Shown here: in pieces, positions 13,601 to 25,661 of the stretch
Position numbering within the stretch: position 1 is the first letter of the stretch
Layout: each line of letters begins with the position of its first letter
Assembly: GCF_032444005.1 (NCBI RefSeq)
Contig: NC_091289.1
Span: forward strand, 161,200,001-161,264,000
DNA from: Ranitomeya imitator
Taxonomy: Eukaryota
Length of the DNA stretch: 64,000 bases
Direction of reading: 5' to 3'
The notes under the pieces: generated by a model
The model's input: only the letters and a program-made list of their open reading frames with translations
The model's database searches: none
Told to the model about the DNA's origin: nothing
Translations under genes and position numbers: made by a program

Positions 13601-16600
13601 CACTATAGTGTTCCGAATCCAGAGTGAAACATACTTTGCTGTTATCATGTCAGGCTCTGATTCTTACTGCCCGTGGTTCAGGTAGAATGAATCTCATGAC
13701 AGATTCCCTTAGAAAAACAAAATGAAAGAAAGGAATGGGAATTTTTATTAAGCAAAAACATTTGTCTTTTAGTTTACACTTATTTGCTACGCTGATTATA
13801 TGTGTGATAGTAAAAACGTTATCTTTTCTATACCTCTAGGTCTCTGATCATTTAGAGCCCCTCAAAGTCGTGATGCCTACAGTATGCACACTAGTAAGTT
13901 CATTGTCTAATAATTACTTTATCAGGAACTAATAACATACGTTTTACGCTTCTCTCACAATGGATTCAATGTGCATAAATTGTGCTGCTGCTGCGTGGAC
14001 GCTCCATATTCTGCACAACATTGGAATTTTATAGGAACCAAGTGCGTTGGAAGAATGAATCTAAGTAGTGATCAGACTTTAAACTAATACATGACAAAAC
14101 AATGTGCTATGAAAAGATCCAGCAAATCGTGAGTCTTGATTACTAGTGAAACCACTATTAGTGTCATACTTCATGCCAGTAACAATTTTCCTATCCACTT
14201 TTTGACATTTTTTTTATGGTGCTTCATCCCAAATGAGATGTTCTCCAACAAAAATGGACTGTGTAATGGTAGGATGGATCCCACTGCTCTGCTTCTTATA
14301 GATGCAATGCATCCCAATAGCTGCCACATAAGATAAGTCCTACAAAAGGAAGGATAAGGTGTTTTCTAGGAAAGAGCAGTAGCAGCACTAATGGTCACAT
14401 ATTACATGTGATTATGAACATTTCTGTGTAAATCCAAATGCTACCTGCCTGGGACCAGCACTGGCTCTCCACAGTGTTGATATCATGACTACAGAATACA
14501 TTACCACTGCAGCCAATCACTGAGCTCAGTGATTGGCTGCAGCGTGGATGTGTACTGTAATAGTGATAACAGCAGTACAGTCAAAATACAGAGACCGGAG
14601 CATCAGCGAAGACATGGCTCTGGACCCCGGGTAGATGAGTGTCCTCTGATTTCATTATTTTTACGCAGCGCTGGTCATTAAGAGGGTGAACTTGAAAGTG
14701 GAAAACCATTTGATAAAATACAAGTTACTCTCAAATTCTTCATCAGCCAGAAAGTTTTAAAAGAGGAACTTCTATTATTCTTCCATTACTAATAATGAAC
14801 TCACCTTAACAAAATGTAAAATAAATACCTCATGTTATTAAAAATATTGAACTATGTAGTATGTTTCCATATTTTTTCCTGCAGTACTTGTCTCCTACAG
14901 TGGATTATTTTCTTTTTATTTTCTTTACAGTTAAGTCCAGCTTTGACATCAAATTGTGTGCATGAGCTCCTCCAGGTAAGAAGGAATTTCTACTGTAATA
15001 GTCTGAATTTTACCATGGAATTATAATTTGCTGCAAACGACCATGATCCACATAACTAATTCCATGTATATCCGACCATGTTGTACCCAATGTCCTAGTC
15101 ATTACATAACATTTTTACTGACTAGACAACCCTTTTAAGACATAACATAACTTAAAGGGAACCTGTCTCCATGGAAAACTCTGTTTTCCTTCAGATATAG
15201 GGTTAATCTTTTAGGTAATTAGTGTTACAATGCTCCCTAGCCACCTTAATGAAAGCGCAACTAATGGGAGGAAATTAGCTTATTTCGTCCCAGGAGCCGC
15301 TGGCTTTCAGTCATGGGGCATGTACGAAGCGGCTACAGTTATCGCTCACTATTCATTTTACTGTGATTTGCGGCTGTAAGCATGTCCTGGCGTTTTGATT
15401 GACAGCTAACGGTGCAGCACATTTGAGCAGAGCAAGCTGTGAGTTGAGAAACCAGCCTCAGCTCACAGTATAATCAGCATGAGCAATGAACCCCATGACT
15501 GAAAGCCGGTGGCTCCCAGGAGAAAATTAATTATTTTTTTTTTCCAGGAAGCTGCACTTTTGGATAGGCTAGGGGCACACAACCGTTTTTCTCTTATCTG
15601 GGAAACTCAATCCTGTTATGCTAATCACACTCTGGTCAGAGTTTGATCAGAGTGTGATCCAATTTTTTTCTATATGGAGAAGGAAAAACAAAAATTCTTT
15701 ATCTTCTCTATTCTGTCAGTCCGTGAAAATCAGACCGCACTCGGTTTGTCATCCGAGTGTAGTCCAATTTGTTCCTCAGATCCATACACATGAATGGCTG
15801 AGTATGATCTGACAATCAGATGCATCTTGTGCATGCTGCAATTTTTTTCCTCGGACCGACACGCTATTTTTTGTATTTTCTACTAATAAAACAGAAAAAT
15901 GGCTTAAAATTATTATAGGTCTTTGTTGCTTCATTCTTCTGTGCACGGTGAGAGGTGTCATTCTTAAATCAAATGTTAATGTGAATTTACACAAATGTAT
16001 AAGGCGACATAATTACATAGGCTGAAACGACCTAGGTCCATCAAGTCCAACCTTTCTCCACCAATTGTGCATTTTGTCACTAAATTAACTATAACCCGCA
16101 ATGTTATGTGTATCAAGGAAATCATCAAGCCCTTTTTTAAAAGCTGTTAACGATGCAAACTTATCTGCCTTTTCTTCTGCTCTTTCAGACTGTAGGTCAC
16201 TTGACTGACAAGGTGAATATTTGCAAATACAATGTCATCTATTATAATTTTCCATTTAATGTAATAAATCTTGGCATAGCCAAAAGTTTCAAAAGTTTCT
16301 GCACTCGACTGGTCAAGAAAACAAGATTCAAAACAGCAATACAATCACTATGTGCTAAAACTTTTCACAGAGGGAAAAAGTAGAGAACCGTATATAAAAA
16401 CTCTTGTGTTCTGTCGTTATTCCTACAAGCATTTTAACCTGTTGTTATAATGATTACACCCTTTCATGCAACATAATGTAAAAATGTCCAAACTGTGTGT
16501 GTGGAGAAGGACTGAGATGATCGTGGTATTTAAACCATTATTAGGAACTTTGACATTTAAATGGTTACGTAGAAAATCAGGCCCCATTCTGTCACTCCAT

Positions 16601-18525
16601 CAGGTCACCTGATGTTAATGTGGGGTGCAAATTGGGCTGTCGTGATATCTGAAAGGCTTAGTGAAGACACCAAGTTCTGTTTCGATCAAGGCTAAATAGA
16701 CATTTGCTGACAGCTCAGTATACTACAATACCAAGTATTACAGTGTACTGTAACAAAAAACTAAAAGGCTTAAATTCCCACTGTGAAATCAAGAAGATCC
16801 CGGCAATCACATAGGTTTTTTCTTGGTTCCTTTATTCAAAAAAGCTGGCCGGGTTTCAGCACAATGACTGTTAATGATATCTTTGGATGGGCTGAAACGC
16901 GTGAGGGCTGGGACCTTCTCGATTCCCCATTAACTACTCTATCCACGTGCCTCACTGGAGCGAGTCTTCGCATTGGCACAGGATGACAGAATTTGGAATC
17001 CTTAAATAGTTCTTATAACTGGGTGTATGCAGAGTGTTCTCCATATTTGTTTTCTTTACTTTAAGGGAAGCTATCACCTGAAAGAGACCAATTGTTTAAA
17101 TCATGTTCTTGTTTTAAAAGTATTAGGAAAAAAATTGGCTTTTTTAATATTTCTCAATCTGTAATAAAAACAAAAACAATATAAAATCTTGCAGTTCATA
17201 TATTGACCGCTGGGATCTTTTTTAGACTCAGACTTTCCATAGTTTCAGGAAACAGCACATGTATGTACCCTTGAAGGTCAGAACCCGCCCCTATCTTTTG
17301 CATTGAAGTGTCTGATGAGCATGTGCAAAAGTAATTGTGAAGGGATGGGAAGCAGGGTCTGCTGTGACATCGCCTATTATGATTGGTGGATCCTGTGTTA
17401 TCAGCTGTGTACACAGGAGTTACCTGTCTTTCTAATCCTGTCTCTGATGGTAAGGACCATGCTTTTTTTTTAATGAGTTTCCATTGCGTAAAAACACTAA
17501 AAACGCATGTGCATTTTTTACCTGTGGATTTTCTGCATCTAATGCAAGTCTATGGGGGAAATCTGCATAGAAAACTCAGCGTACTTGCAAGAGAAATTGA
17601 CATGTTGCAGATTAGAAAAACACACCAGCGGTCAGTTTATGCTGAGCAAAATAGAAGCACAGTGGCCAGGAGATTTTTATAAATCTCATCATCTTTGCTG
17701 GAACTGGAAGACACTGTGTTTTTAGTGAAGCAAAAAAAAGCAGCTTCAAAGAAAGCGCTAAAATCTCATGGTGGGAATGGAGCCTTAATGTTAGAGAACA
17801 CAACTGTAAAGCTCACGTGAAGCATATACCTGCTAAAATACAGTGCAGACTTTGAGGCTAAGTGACTAATATTTGCATTTTTTGTTTCAGCTTGGAATCA
17901 AGTTATTATCGGGTCTTAAATGTCAGGTAATGAAAAAAAATGTGTTCCTTATACTGATTTGGCTTTTATCCTAAGTCATATTGCAAGACTCATTAAAGGG
18001 TTGGTTGTGACTTGTAGGATCGCTACTTCCAATAGGTGGCGCTATAGTGTTCAAGTTCTCTTTTTCTCTGAAGAGGCGATTTGCATATTATAGTCCTTAT
18101 TTTGTCGAATTTCTTACTTGAAAATTATGAACAAGACCAGTAATGTAAATGACACATCGCCATTCTAGGCCACTCGGGGCTGAAGAGGTTTAGTACAAGT
18201 GACCCACAGATGAGTCCTCTATTACCTTTTCTTCAATTCGGTTTTCAAGAATATTCTAGCATAATCTTTGACTGACCATAATTCACATCAGAACCACTGG
18301 ACACATCGCACAAACCATCAATATCCAAGAAGATCAATAAGAAAAACAAATAGTAATTGAAATGAAATCGCTGTCTTAATAAAAAGTCTTATTAACATTC
18401 ATATTTTGTTTTGTTTTTTCATAGAATACAGACCCGAACAGCATTAATTTAGAAACAGTAAAAAAAGTCTGGGTAAGATTGAAATACAAACATCTATCTC
18501 GTTTTAGTATTGGGTTCATAAATAC

Positions 18526-18575
<50 letters not shown>

Positions 18576-18716
18576 GTATATATATATATACACATAAGCA
18601 CATGAAATGCACAAGATATACATATTATACATGTATATTATAAGTATATGCATATATACAATAGCTTTGGGTTGGTTCACATATATCTAAGCAGTTCTAG
18701 TACTGAGGTTCATACA

Positions 18717-18769
<53 letters not shown>

Positions 18770-21700
18770 CATATTTACGCATATGATAAACAGAGTATAG
18801 ATATACACATTTTATACATATGATATATAATATTTATGATATAATGATATGATGATATTCCTTTATAGGTATATACATATATATATAATGTGCCATGTCA
18901 GTAGCTAATTTACTTTTTATGTATACTGTTTAGTCTTACCAATCATCAACTTGCCTAAATGTAGAACATACTAAAATCTTTGCTTTATTTGTGTTTAAGA
19001 GTAAACTAGAATGTGGCTTGGGTCAAGCTTTGGATATAAAAGGATTGGTAAGAAACTATAGTTATATACTATAAAAATAGTAAGTGCACTTTGTCTTTGG
19101 TACCATGAGTTACTTTCTTTCTTTAACACTCACTGCCAATGTCTGGTGACGGCCAAGAAAACTAAACAAAAAAAAATTCATAAAAGTCCCAGAGATCTCT
19201 CCCTTCTTGTCCTTTTCTTGTTCATATTCTGACTTCTATTGCATTAAAATGAAAGCTCTGTTGAACATCTCGCTGTGTACATCCTACTTCATCTATTGAC
19301 ATTTTTCGTCTTTGCACAAGCCTATCTTTGCCTGCTTAAGACGCTGCAGTTCTCTTCTATTTGTACCACTGGCGGACACGGACAGAACAGGATGGGACCT
19401 TTGACATCCGACAGTTCAACATAATGCACAATTCCACCTGCTTTGGTAGCGGAAAGGGGTCCCCTTACCTTTAGGGCCCCTGTGTGGCTACACGGGTTGC
19501 ACCAATGATATGTCCGCTCCTTATGTGTACAATAGAAGACACAGAAATTAAAGCGCTGCATTTTTGATAGAGGAAAATGGCAAGAGATAAATGCTTGAGA
19601 AATGCTAGAGAAAAACATTTACGGTATTTCAGGAAAATGCAGAAAATCAAGTGCTAATGCACATTTGACATTTACATAATTGTTTTCTTTTTTATATGTG
19701 TATTCAGTATATATGAACATGTTACTTAACCTTCTAAAAAAAAATGATTTGTATCCCAATAATATTTTTCAGGAATTAGTTACTGGTCCAGCCAAGTCTG
19801 TTGTCAATAATGTTGTATCGAAAACCGTTAATGAAATTCTGGTAATTAATATCAACATTCCTTATCTACGTTTCCTCTTGGGTCAGTTTCACACATTCGA
19901 CATTCCCGATCTTATATATGAGACTGCTGAGTGCAGGTCAGTAGCCTGGAAAGCCGGTCTGGACATTGCGGTCCGTTGTTAGACCATGAATGTCAGATGT
20001 ATGAAACCAGCCTTTGTCTCAGGCCTCGTTCAAACATCTGTTTTTCTCATGTACAAAAAAAATTGGACCAATAATTTTGATCAGAGTTTGACCAGAGTGT
20101 CATCTGTTTTTCACATATGAGGATAAAAGAAAAAAGTTTCTCTACCTTTACACCGGTCCGTAAAAATCGGACTGCACTTGGAAGTTATCCGAGTATGGTC
20201 CGGTTTTTTTCACGAACCCTTAGACTTGCATTACCGATTTTCATCAAATCAAATTACGGTAAGCATGTCTCCTTGATTTTCCACACACCACTCGGTCTGC
20301 GAAAAATCATGGACATATAAAAACCACAGATGGCACTCATACGCTAATATCAGACATACGAACAAGGCCTTAAAAGTATTTCTTATTGAATATGAACGCC
20401 AAGCATTATTAATGACAGGTTGCATGAGATCCTAATAATGAATACCTTCATTGTTTTTGTCGCTGCCCAACTAAAGCGCAATGACTTTAAACATTGAAAT
20501 CAACCATTTTTTCAGATTCTCTATTTGCAGAACTATGGAAGATTTCAGATGTGATATTGGGGATACAGCTACAGTTGTGGCCAAAAGTATTGACACCCCT
20601 GCAATTCTGTCAGATAATACTCATTTTCTTGCTGAAAATGATTGCAAACACAAATTCTTTGGTATTATTATCTTCATTTAATTTGTCTTAAATTAAAAAA
20701 ACACAAAAGAGAATGAAGCAAAAAGCAAAACATTGATCATTTCACACACAACTCCAAAAATGGGCCAGACAAAAGTATTGGCACCCTCAGCCTAATACTT
20801 GGTTGCACAACCTTTAGCCTAAATAACTGCGACCAACAGCTTCCGGTAACCATCAATGAGTTTCTTACAATGCTCTGCTGGAATTTTAGACCATTCTTCT
20901 TTGGCAAACTGCTCCAGGTCCCTGATATTTGAAGGGTGCCTTCTCCAAACTGCCATTTTTAGATCTCTCCACAGGTGTTCTATGGGATTCAGGTCTGGAC
21001 TCATTGCTGGCCACCTTAGAAGTCGCCAGTGCTTTCTCTCAAACCATTTTCTAGTGCTTTTTGAAGTGTGTTTTGGGTCATTGTCCTGCTGGAAGACCCA
21101 TGACCTCTGAGGGAGACCCAGCTTTCTCACACTGGGCCCTACATTATGCTGCAAAATTTGTTGGTAGTCTTCAGACTTCATAATGCCATGCACACGGTCA
21201 AGCAGGCCAGTGCCAGAGGCAGCAAAGCAACCCCAAAACATCAGGGAACCTCAGCCATGTTTGACTGTAGGGACTGTGTTCTTTTCTTTGAATGCCTCTT
21301 TTTTTTCTCCTGTAAACTCTATGTTGATGCATTTGCTCAAAAAGCTCTATTTTTGTCTCATCTGACCAGAGAACATTCTTCCAAAACGTTTTAGGCTATT
21401 TCAGGTAAGTTTTGGCAAACTCCAGCCTGGCTTTTTTATGTCTCGGGGTAAGAAGTGGGGTCTTCCTGGGTCTCCTACCATACAGTCCCTTTTCATTCAG
21501 ACGCCGATGGATAGTACGGGTTGACACTGTTGTACCCTCGGACTGCAGGGCAGCTTGAACTTGTTTGGATGTTAGTCGAGGTTCTTTATCCAACATCCGC
21601 ACAATCTTGCGTTGAAATCTCTTGTCAATTTTTCTTTTCCGTCCACATCTAGGGAGGTTACCCACAGTGCCATGGGCTTTAAACTTCTTGATGACACTGC

Positions 21701-23842
21701 GTACGGTAGACACAGGAACATTCAGGTCTTTGGAGATGGACTTGTAGCCTTGAGATTGCTCTTGCTTCCTCACAATTTGGTTTCTCAAGTCCTCAGACAG
21801 TTCTTTGGTCTTCTTTCTTTTCCCAATGCTCAATGTGGTACACACAAGGACACAGGACAGAGGTTGAGTCAACTTTAATCCGTGTCAACTGGCTGCAAGT
21901 GTGATTTAGTTATTGCCAACACCTGTTAGGTGCCACAGGTAAGTTACAGGTGCTGTTAAGTACACAAATTAGAGAAGCATCACATGATTTTTCGAACAGT
22001 GCCAATACTTTTGTCCACCCCCTTTTTTATGTTTGGTGTGGAATTATATCCAATTTGGCTTTAGGACAATTCTTTTTGTGTTTTTTCATTTAAGACAAAT
22101 TAAATGAAGATAATAATAACAAAGAATTTGTGTTTGCAATCATTTTCAGGAAGAAACTGACTATTATCTGACAGAATTGCAGGGGTGTCAATACTTTTGG
22201 CCACAACTGTATATGAAATTTAGGTTTCAGACTTTTTACATGGTTTGTTTGCTCAATATGATTACAAATATACTTTTTATTTTTAATTTTTACAGAATAA
22301 TAAGCAACTTGAATCAGTCATGACTGGCGTTACCTGTCTTGTGGTGAGATTAAGAATTCCTATCTTAGTTACTTTTTGTCATTTAGATTTCATGTACTGT
22401 TAATTTTATCGTTCTTTTATATTTAACGTTGGATTTGAGAGTTGTCTTCTTTTGAAATTCACTTGAAATAACATATGCTAAGCTAGTAGAAGAAGGGTCC
22501 TCTTCCGACCTGTCAGTAAAACTAAAGAAATGAACCGGAGCATAAGGTGGTTTACATAAAACGAATAAGGGCACGTTCACACTGTGGCCATTTAACATGC
22601 TTAACCCTAGGATAGAAACAAAATGAGCAAATACCCTGCTGTAAGTAAAGAGTAATACTATATAATAGTAATAGTGTATAAATATCATAGGGTACTTAAT
22701 AAACATTGTTTTTGAAAAAAGCACAAAAGCGATCCACCCGTGTCAAAGTGAACCCCAATTGTGATGCTAGAAACAGGGGTGTGGTCCCTATTTTTGAGGT
22801 AGGCATTTCATTTATATAACTACCAATGACTGGGTGCCTGAACAGTCAGACCTCAGACCTCTGCCCCTATCTACATTGAGGTCGTTTGACACAAGGTGAG
22901 GTTTTAACACTAGAGGATAGGACCATCCCGATTGGGTTCACCTTGTCGCGGTGGGATGGCTTTTACAGTTTTTTTCTATCAAAAGCAGTGTTTACTAAGT
23001 ATCCTATGTTATTTATATGTAGAATTACTGCTTGCTAACAACTGGGATATGCTCATTTTGTTTCTATCTTAGATTTTATCTCATATACTTCTATCAGTAT
23101 TGTATCAGGTTGAAGAGCCTGTACTTGCTTTGAAAATGCATGCAACGCATTTAATTTTGTCACTCGCTCATTTCCATAATGTAAATACAGTTACTTTCCA
23201 TCTTCATGCACGATTAATGTTTTGATGTCAAAATCTTCAAAGTTCTATGTGGCAATTAAACTGCTAATTTAGACAAGTGTCTTGTAAGCTGCCTCTAGTT
23301 GGCCACTCAGTAGCCCTTTGTCTTAGCTTTTGAAATGATGGACTGTATGTATGGAGGCGCTCTATCAGCGACACTGTTTGGGGGCAGTCTTTAACTTGTA
23401 ATGCAAATCCAACACTAGATATATAAATTAACATGGTATAAGGCTGGGGTCACACTTGCGAGTTCAATGTGAGAAACTCGCATCAATTCCCGGCACTGCC
23501 GCCATCACTCGGGACCGGAGTTTGCAGCTGCATGTATTTCTATGCAGCCGCATGCTCCGGTCCGAACCGCCGGCGGCAGTGCCGGGACTTGATGCGAGAC
23601 ACTCACGCGAGTTTTTCGCATTGAACTCGCAAGTGTGACTCCGGCCTAAGAAATGAAATGTTTCAAAGAACTGCCATACAATATCATTGTAAAATACTAA
23701 AAAATGTTTTGGAATTAGTGTTGGATGCAGTGAAGGTAATTTATGTCATTTTTTTTCCATCGCTCACATAAATCATATTGAAATATATCTATTTTTTTCT
23801 CTTTCCGAACAGAATAACGTACTCGGGGTGGTCAAATTGTAG
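1625..23842 (+). CDS. Ranaspumin (Lv-RSN-1)/ranasmurfin-like secreted protein, 236 aa, 14 coding exons
   Basis: Exons: 1625-1676, 2897-2970, 3727-3783, 6311-6361, 9698-9742, 12261-12314, 13840-13893, 14931-14975, 17891-17926, 18425-18472, 19000-19047, 19773-19841, 22296-22343, 23813-23842. All have AG/GT boundaries and join in frame (711 nt): MKNIAIFLLVGLGLFSSG YSIDVNDVAGLGIDINDCLNALFQ KGPELLTSLAGIACKKPDQ SDIEKVKKSVQATTDFL IKANCLPGDLVGLDV QNVADDVLDEVNKMYLSI VSDHLEPLKVVMPTVCTL LSPALTSNCVHELLQ LGIKLLSGLKCQ NTDPNSINLETVKKVW SKLECGLGQALDIKGL ELVTGPAKSVVNNVVSKTVNEIL NNKQLESVMTGVTCLV NNVLGVVKL*. It has a signal peptide and 8 Cys. The family call rests on my recollection of the Lv-RSN-1 sequence, not a search. 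Confidence 0.8.
2897..2970 (+). CDS. Ranaspumin-like exon 2
   Basis: tttcag|GATAC...TTCCAG|gtattt; YSIDVNDVAGLGIDINDCLNALFQ. Confidence 0.8.
3727..3783 (+). CDS. Ranaspumin-like exon 3
   Basis: taatag|...|gtaatt; KGPELLTSLAGIACKKPDQ. Confidence 0.8.
6311..6361 (+). CDS. Ranaspumin-like exon 4
   Basis: ttgtag|...|gtaaga; SDIEKVKKSVQATTDFL. Confidence 0.75.
6514..7067. mobile_element. Harbinger/Tourist-like MITE (related truncated copy at ~3019-3503)
   Basis: Termini ggctatgctcacac...gtgatcatagcc with TTA/CTA flanks; internal sequence shared with 3019-3503. Confidence 0.65.
7944..8300. mobile_element. Penelope-like hairpin insertion with 14-bp target-site duplication
   Basis: cataaaaatagttg is duplicated at 7930-7943 and 8301-8314; ~117-bp inverted arms at 8033-8149 and 8185-8301. 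Confidence 0.6.
9698..9742 (+). CDS. Ranaspumin-like exon 5
   Basis: ttacag|...|gtaagt; IKANCLPGDLVGLDV. Confidence 0.8.
11239..11664. mobile_element. Harbinger-like MITE
   Basis: TIR g(g/c)ccccgtcacac...gtgtgacggggcc; internal gatcgct subrepeats. Confidence 0.7.
12261..12314 (+). CDS. Ranaspumin-like exon 6
   Basis: tttcag|...|gtaagt; QNVADDVLDEVNKMYLSI. Confidence 0.8.
13840..13893 (+). CDS. Ranaspumin-like exon 7
   Basis: ctctag|...|gtaagt; VSDHLEPLKVVMPTVCTL. Confidence 0.75.
14931..14975 (+). CDS. Ranaspumin-like exon 8
   Basis: ttacag|...|gtaaga; LSPALTSNCVHELLQ. Confidence 0.8.
16006..16148 (-). mobile_element. CR1 LINE 3' end remnant
   Basis: acatag...ggtccatcaagtccaacc...aagccctttt resembles the CR1 3' end at 56443-57370. 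Confidence 0.5.
17891..17926 (+). CDS. Ranaspumin-like exon 9
   Basis: tttcag|...|gtaatg; LGIKLLSGLKCQ. Confidence 0.75.
18425..18472 (+). CDS. Ranaspumin-like exon 10
   Basis: tcatag|...|gtaaga; NTDPNSINLETVKKVW. Confidence 0.75.
18529..18765. repeat. Two (TA)n microsatellites
   Basis: TA runs at ~18529-18590 and ~18718-18765. Confidence 0.95.
19000..19047 (+). CDS. Ranaspumin-like exon 11
   Basis: tttaag|...|gtaaga; SKLECGLGQALDIKGL. Confidence 0.75.
19773..19841 (+). CDS. Ranaspumin-like exon 12
   Basis: tttcag|...|gtaatt; ELVTGPAKSVVNNVVSKTVNEIL. Confidence 0.75.
20572..22209 (-). mobile_element. Tc1 transposon with decayed transposase, IR/DR-type ends, in intron 12 of the ranaspumin-like gene
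   Basis: TIRs cagttgtggccaaaagtattgacacc, TA TSD, inner direct repeats near 20770 and 22000. The transposase is split into ORFs 21396-21872 (HTH, GRRPRK) and 20819-21241 (QQDNDPKH...SPDLNPIE), with a frameshift and a premature TAG. Confidence 0.95.
22296..22343 (+). CDS. Ranaspumin-like exon 13
   Basis: ttacag|...|gtgaga; NNKQLESVMTGVTCLV. Confidence 0.8.
22590..23060. repeat. Inverted pair of a ~190-bp dispersed repeat (other copies at 42940-43340 as a tandem pair, and ~63690-63800)
   Basis: Shared motifs such as aaaagccatcccacc.cgacaaggtgaaccc and atgagcaaatacc.tgc.gtaagtaaa; family unassigned. Confidence 0.55.
23442..23646. mobile_element. Harbinger/Tourist-like MITE
   Basis: TIR ggctggggtcacacttgcgag...ctcgcaagtgtgactccggcc, TAA TSD. 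Confidence 0.85.
23813..23842 (+). CDS. Ranaspumin-like exon 14 (stop codon)
   Basis: gaacag|AAT...TTG TAG; NNVLGVVKL*. The exon probably continues to a gtaagt donor after 23871. Confidence 0.7.
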   Translation, partial: NNVLGVVKL

Positions 23843-24423
23843 CCATTTAAGAGAAAATTTAAAAAAGAAATGTAAGTATTAAAGCATCAAATGAAAATAG
23901 GTCTTTGACATGAGAACAAGGAGTGTTGCTAGTTGTGTTTGAAAGAGGTCTCAATGCTAAAAGTCGTTCAGCGATGTCTGAAAAGGCACTGTCAGCTTTA
24001 TTCCACCGTCCTCAGAAAGTTGAGTGCAAGTAATATAATGTCTATGACCAACATACACCTTTATCAGGGAAGTGTCGGGGGTCTTAGCCTCCACACTCTT
24101 ACCCTAAGCTCAACTTCTGACATGACTTTATGAAATGTGATATTTTTAGAATTATGGCTGCCCTCCAAAAATGGGTCGCTCTTCCCCTCAAATGAGAGAC
24201 ATATAACGTGGAACTGTCAGTCAGGAGTTTAAAAGTGGCCAGTATTTTTCTTTCTTTTTATATCTACTACTCCTCTAAATATTCCTTTGTTGTCTTCTTT
24301 TAAATCCACCATACGTTTCCAGAGATATAAATAAGGATTTTATTTTGTGCTAATTTTTATGATACTTACCCCCCTTTGCTCATTGGGTAATAATGCAGAG
24401 CAGCCTAAGGTCACACCCTAGAG

Positions 24424-24609
24424 CAGTGGTCCCCAACTCCAGTCCTCAAGAGCCACCAACAGGTCATGTTTTCAGGATTTCCTTAGTATTGCCCAGGTGA
24501 TAATTGCATCACCTTCACAGGCAATAATTCCATCACCTCTAATATACTAAGGAAATCCTGAAAACATGACCTGTTGGTGACTCTTGAGGACTGGAGTTGG
24601 GGAACACTG
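24424..24609. mobile_element. hAT (Charlie-like) MITE
   Basis: Near-palindromic, TIR cagtggtccccaactccagtcctc, exact 8-bp TSD ccctagag. Confidence 0.9.
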
Positions 24610-25661
24610 CCCTAGAGGATCCTGTCAGCCACACCCCCTTTTCAAGACCATTAAATTGACCTTTAAATAAAAAGGCCTGTATCGTTAAAAAATATATGGC
24701 AGATATTATCAAACCAAAGATATATTCAGGACAGGGAAATTGAAATAAGAACAAAAACTTGCCAAATAGGTCTTCTTCAACCACGAGGATCCCTAATAAC
24801 TTTTTTTGTCATGGGATTTTTCAGTGTGAAAAGACATAAACTTCTTTTTTTTCATCCTCCTTTATCATCTCCCAACCTTTTCTAAGAGGTCTAAGACTTT
24901 CTATTTTTTTTACTATTATTATTTATGTAGCTAAAATATATTTTGCATTTTTTCATAATTTCTTTAGCAAAGAATCTCTCCATTTCACGTTGAATTTTCT
25001 TGGTTGTTTTTTCACTTTTTTTGTTTCTTTTATTTCCTCACCACTGCTTTCTTGCTTTACTATTTGTATCCCTTTTTTGTCACTTATTATACAGTTACAA
25101 TTTAAATTTAACCACATTGGTTTTCTACTGTTTTTATCTTGTTTGTTTACATAAGATAAATAATAATGATAAAAAAAATGTGACATATCTTTTTTCTTAA
25201 CATTACAGGCATCAAAATCAATGAAGGATGCAAAGAAAATCTTCACTTTCAAATCAACGACTATCTTTAGATTACCTTTCAGCATAAAAAAGTATAAAAA
25301 AAAATAACCTTACCTAATCTTTCCTCACTGTTATACCCCTGGAATGATTACCAGATAAATCTACTGCAAACCAATATCCTGTGTGTGTGTTTTATTTTTC
25401 ATACTTAAAAGCCTTAGTATAAATACTCAAGGAATCTGTAGCTGGTTGGGGTCAAAAGGTCTGAATTTTTGTACTTACAAAACAGCAAATGTGGATGCAT
25501 GGATAGGGGAAATAAACTTTAGGATCGAGGCTGTCATCAACTAAATGTAGGCTAGAAAAAAACATGATGTGCATATAGTTTCCTACCAAGGCAGTTAAAA
25601 ATATGACATCTTACTAATAATTATAGACATTAGAATTTGTGATACATTACAGATAGATTAA

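Noticed and set aside
20819-21872. Active Tc1 transposase
   Set aside because: Frameshift between the two ORFs, a premature stop and a probably mutated start codon
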